Shown here: in pieces, positions 60,759 through 64,000 of the stretch
How positions within the stretch are numbered: position 1 is the first letter of the stretch
Layout: each line of letters begins with the position of its first letter
DNA from: Nitrosomonadales bacterium
Lineage (GTDB): Bacteria > Pseudomonadota > Gammaproteobacteria > Burkholderiales > SG8-39
Direction: 5' to 3'
Assembly: GCA_036676355.1 (NCBI GenBank)
Contig: JAKFDA010000085.1
Span: 14,027-78,026 of the forward strand
DNA: 64,000 nucleotides
Notes under the pieces: model-generated
What the model was told of the DNA's origin: nothing
What the model saw: only the letters and a program-made list of their open reading frames with translations
Databases searched by the model: none
Translations under genes and position numbers: made by a program

Positions 60759-62609
60759 TCAGTACACATCTTTTTGATAACGGCCGCTCGCCTGCATTGC
60801 CAGCAGCAGTCCACGTGCCTCGTCGCGGCGCCGGCCGCTGCCCTGCTCGATCACCGATAGCAGCGCCTCATGCACATCCGCCGCCATATGTTCGGCGTCG
60901 CCGCATACGTAGACATGCGCGCCGTCGCCGATCCAGCGATATAGCTCTTCGCTTTGCTGCAGCAGCCGATGCTGGATGTAAATCTTCTCGTTCTGATCAC
61001 GCGAAAACGCCACATCGGCGCGCGACAGAAAGCCGTCGTGCAGCCACGTCTGCCATTCGATCTGATACAGAAAATCAGTACGGAAATTCCGCTCGCCGAA
61101 GAACAGCCAGCTCCCGCCGTCGATGCCGAGCGCTTCGCGCTGCTGCATGAATGCGCGGTACGGTGCGACGCCGGTGCCGGCGCCGATCATGATGATCGGC
61201 GTGGTCGGATCGGCAGGCAGCCGGAAATGATCGTTGCGCTGCACGTATACGGGAATGCTATCGCCGGCTTGCAATCGATCCGCCACATGTGTGGAGGCGA
61301 CGCCGTTGCGGGTCCGGTCGTGCAGGCGGTAACGCACGGGTGCCACGCAGACATGCACTTCCTCCGGCGTCATTTCTATGCTCGATGCAATCGAGTACAG
61401 CCGCGGCTGCAGGCCGCGCAACGCCTGTACGAAATCCTGCGGCGCAACACCGTGCGCCGGATGCGATTTCATCAGGTCGACAATCTGCGTGGTCGCCATG
61501 AATTTCGCGCGCTCGGAGGCTTCCTGTTGCGCCAACTGCCTCGCACCCGACCACTCGGCCCACTTGTCAATGAAGCGCGGCGTAAGCGCGGTAATCTCGA
61601 GTTCGGATTGCAGCGCCTGGTGCAATTCCGTTTCGCCATTGCGGCCTGTGACCGGCTCCGCGCCGGACCAGCCGGCGAGTTCGATCAATTCCGCCACCAG
61701 CGCCGGATCGTTTTGCGGCACCACCCCCAATGCGTCGCCCGGGAGATAGCTCAACCCGGAGCCTTCCAGGCTCAACTCGACATGGCGGGTGTCCTTGGAA
61801 GAACCGCGTCCGGTGATGCGCAGACTTTCCGTGATCTGCGCCGGAAACGGGTTGCTTTTGCTGTAGACCGACCGCGACTCCATTGCCGCTGAAGCCGACG
61901 CTGCGAATGCGGCCGTCGCGGCGGACAAGCCTGCCCCGCCGCCACCTGCGGTCGCCTGCAGCTTGCCGAGTACCGCATCGATCCAGCGTCCGGCGTCGAT
62001 TTCATAATCGACGTCGCAATCGATACGCTCATGCAGACGCGTGGCGCCCAACTGCTCCAGCCGCTGGTCCAGCGTCTTCCCCGCTTCGCAATACAGCGTG
62101 TAGGTGGAATCACCCAGCCCCAGAACCGCGAACTGCACGTGCTTCAGGTTCGGTGCCTTGCGGCCGGCGAGAAATTCAAAGAACGGCAAAGCAGGCTCCG
62201 GCGGCTCGCCCTCGCCATGCGTGCTGGATACAAACAGCAGCGTCTGCTCGTTTTTCAGTTCGCGTGTCTTGTAGCGCGCCAGATCTTCGACCGATGCGGC
62301 CAACCCCACCTGTTGAGCGCGGTGCGCGATCTCGCGCGCAAGCTCCTCAGCATTGCCGGTTTCACTGGCGTAGAGAATCTTGATCTTCGCGGATGCCGCG
62401 GAAACAGGAGCGGCGGCGGTCGCGCCGGACGTAATCGCGAGTGGTGTAGCTGTCTCGGCAAAACCGCTACGCGCTTCAGCGACGCCGGCAAAAAAACCGC
62501 TGACCCAAAGTGCCTGCTCGGCGCTCAACGAGCGCCCGAGCGCCCGCAACAACTCACGCTCGGCACCATCGACGCTGGTGCCGGGCAGCGGTGGGGGCAT
62601 CATATCCAT
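60759..62609 (-). CDS. cysJ: Assimilatory sulfite reductase (NADPH) flavoprotein alpha subunit
   Basis: Trimmed to MDMMPPPLPG at 62609. Flavodoxin domain (ILYASETGNAEE), RLYSIASS FAD motif, GTGVAPYRAF NADPH motif, C-terminal YQKDVY. Confidence 0.9.
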   Translation of the reverse strand: MDMMPPPLPGTSVDGAERELLRALGRSLSAEQALWVSGFFAGVAEARSGFAETATPLAITSGATAAAPVSAASAKIKILYASETGNAEELAREIAHRAQQVGLAASVEDLARYKTRELKNEQTLLFVSSTHGEGEPPEPALPFFEFLAGRKAPNLKHVQFAVLGLGDSTYTLYCEAGKTLDQRLEQLGATRLHERIDCDVDYEIDAGRWIDAVLGKLQATAGGGGAGLSAATAAFAASASAAMESRSVYSKSNPFPAQITESLRITGRGSSKDTRHVELSLEGSGLSYLPGDALGVVPQNDPALVAELIELAGWSGAEPVTGRNGETELHQALQSELEITALTPRFIDKWAEWSGARQLAQQEASERAKFMATTQIVDLMKSHPAHGVAPQDFVQALRGLQPRLYSIASSIEMTPEEVHVCVAPVRYRLHDRTRNGVASTHVADRLQAGDSIPVYVQRNDHFRLPADPTTPIIMIGAGTGVAPYRAFMQQREALGIDGGSWLFFGERNFRTDFLYQIEWQTWLHDGFLSRADVAFSRDQNEKIYIQHRLLQQSEELYRWIGDGAHVYVCGDAEHMAADVHEALLSVIEQGSGRRRDEARGLLLAMQASGRYQKDVY

Positions 62610-63014
62610 ATAAGAGTTCTTCCCTTGGCTCCAAACCGCGCGCCACGCAAGCATGCTGGTCTCTAGGCGCGAAACAACGGTCTGGGAAAGAGCGAAACTT
62701 TAAGAGCGCCACCCAGGAAACCAAACGATTTATTCGTTCTTTCCTTATGCTCGATCCGCGGGGTCATGCACGGCGCATTTGGCAAAACCAGAATCCAATG
62801 CGCTCGCTCGTCAAAGAAGGAGGCCGAGGGCAACGCGGAGCCTTTTGTGCTCCTTGGCTCCCTGGCCAGGACCCGAAACTCGGAAGTGCGGATTACACGT
62901 CGAGAAACGCAGAACAACACGGCTTGACCCTGCCGGTTCGAAGCCGGTGCGCAAAATCTGCTCAAACTTTTTGCGCCCGTGCAGTCATTGAGGCTAGACG
63001 CGGAGCAGTGTCGT

Positions 63015-63161
63015 CTACTTCGGACGGTCTTCGAAGGAGATCGCGATAGGATCGCTGGCCGGGAAAGTATCCTGGAGTGCTTCGTCGAGAAGCGCGTCAA
63101 GGCGATCAAACTCGGCTGGCATTTCGTCTTGCGGCTCGGGGTGTTCTCTTTCAGGCGCCAT
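63015..63161 (-). CDS. Small acidic ORF (48 aa) with DTFPASDP motif
   Basis: Hand-translated: MAPEREHPEPQDEMPAEFDRLDALLDEALQDTFPASDPIAISFEDRPK. Below the ORF-track cutoff. A (D/G)(T/S)FPASDP core recurs in small proteobacterial proteins as far as I recall. Confidence 0.4.
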   Translation of the reverse strand: MAPEREHPEPQDEMPAEFDRLDALLDEALQDTFPASDPIAISFEDRPK

Positions 63162-63568
63162 CTTCGTCTCTTCCGATAGTCAAATCCGCGCGAGCCCGCC
63201 TATTCGAGTGTGTTCTGCTCCGGTTCACGGGATGATGGTAGACCCCCTGGCCTTCACACGGTTTCATTGTTCCGCACTGGATCGGAATAGCCAAGCTCGC
63301 CTACGCCCTTCATCAGCCACACTTATATAGTGTTTCGACGACCGGCTCCGACAACAGGATCTGGCCACGGTTCTGCACCATCAGGGGGCGTCCTCGCCGA
63401 CTCATTCCGAAAGCGCACCTGCGCACTACGTATAAACAAACTGCTTGAATGAGATTTGATGCAGAGAATATTGAATACGCCGGCGCTACATTTAAGCGGC
63501 ATCGTCGGGCGTTTCTATTTTTGCGACCGTCTTCGGATCAGGTGACACATCGATCCGAAGAAGTGTTT

Positions 63569-63644
63569 TGGCTCCCCGACCAGGGCTCGAACCTGGGACC
63601 TGCGGATTAACAGTCCGTCGCTCTACCGACTGAGCTATCGGGGA
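63569..63644 (-). tRNA. tRNA-Asn (anticodon GTT)
   Basis: Reverse complement TCCCCGATAGCTCAGTCGGTAGAGCGACGGACTGTTAATCCGCAGGTCCCAGGTTCGAGCCCTGGTCGGGGAGCCA folds as a cloverleaf. 7-bp acceptor stem, GCTC/GAGC D stem, CCAGG/CCTGG T stem with TTCGAGC loop, anticodon loop CTGTTAA, encoded CCA. Confidence 0.95.
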
Positions 63645-63854
63645 TTTGAGAAGAGCGCGATTTTAGCTGGGCAATCGAACCCGGTCAAACCAAACTCGCC
63701 CTGTTACTCGCTTCTTTCGATCGATTCAGCGGCAGGAACGACGGGGATCAACGTAAGGCCACTCGCGCTCACCCTCTAAATGCCAAGTCGGCAGCTGCAC
63801 GACTGAGAGGCACCCTCAACCACCGGCTGTGGGTTTTCGTTGAAAGAGGCTGAG

Positions 63855-64000
63855 TTACGGGTAAAAGCTGAACACGAGGCGAGCATCAAGCCTGCCGGAG
63901 TCCTGATCGGGCACGACTTTGTCGAACGGCACGCCGTAGGAAACATCGAAACTCCAGCGCCGGCCGTGACGATAGCTGACGCCCACGCCCGCGCCGGTGA
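63855..64000 (-). CDS. C-terminal end of a probable outer-membrane beta-barrel protein (partial, runs off the window)
   Basis: Reverse frame reads ...TGAGVGVSYRHGRRWSFDVSYGVPFDKVVPDQDSGRLDARLVFSFYP-stop. Alternating pattern and aromatic terminus resemble OMP or TpsB-type barrels. Too short for a family call. Confidence 0.3.
   Translation of the reverse strand, partial: TGAGVGVSYRHGRRWSFDVSYGVPFDKVVPDQDSGRLDARLVFSFYP

Noticed and set aside
62663-63179. Track ORFs 62663..63109 (minus, 148 aa) and 62979..63179 (plus, 66 aa) upstream of cysJ.
   Set aside because: Ser/Arg-rich, motif-free translations. The region is more likely the cysJI promoter/CysB-binding region plus the small 48-aa acidic ORF on the minus strand.
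62655-63644. tRNA-Asn as the border of a genomic island.
   Set aside because: No integrase or other mobility gene adjoins it. Neighbouring genes (cysJI, aminotransferase, uvrB) are core metabolism. I saw no att-like repeat of the tRNA end. Kept only as a low-interest note.

Overview
GC-rich proteobacterial chromosomal window. The gene order lepB-lepA / rseB-rseA-rpoE / fabF-acpP-fabG-fabD-fabH-plsX-rpmF-yceD / maf / sppA / rluC / rne is a layout I associate with Betaproteobacteria (Burkholderiales-like); this placement is inference from synteny only. Layout: 0-19 kb is core housekeeping. 19-33 kb holds envelope and transport accessory genes: a four-gene secreted/OM cluster, a PlpD-like patatin autotransporter, CaCA plus VIT1 transporters, and a six-gene operon joining an OMF, a DUF3302 protein and a HlyD-like adaptor to a duplicated DUF1538 membrane protein and two PII-like proteins. 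33.5-46.5 kb is eight co-directional genes: a DcaP-like porin, three different wing-domain basic amino-acid decarboxylases (Ldc-like, ODC-like, AdiA-like), one PotE-like antiporter, an orphan SBP, and DUF3300 plus DUF2950. 46.5-49 kb is a GAF histidine kinase, a FixJ-type regulator and a receiver-only protein. 49.3-51.7 kb is a decayed locus with pta-like, pflA and AAE-transporter pseudogenes. 51.8-62.6 kb carries SulP, PPK2, LMW-PTP, uvrB, an aminotransferase and cysIJ, followed by tRNA-Asn and a partial OMP-like gene. I saw no CRISPR array, IS/transposase, integrase, prophage or recognisable defence gene. The two best candidates for something undescribed are the OMF/DUF3302/HlyD/DUF1538/PII operon and the consolidated triple-decarboxylase operon. 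Both rest on reading the translations and on remembered family signatures, not on database searches. Many long ORFs in the supplied track are antisense artefacts of high GC content, or N-terminal over-extensions; these were trimmed or rejected.
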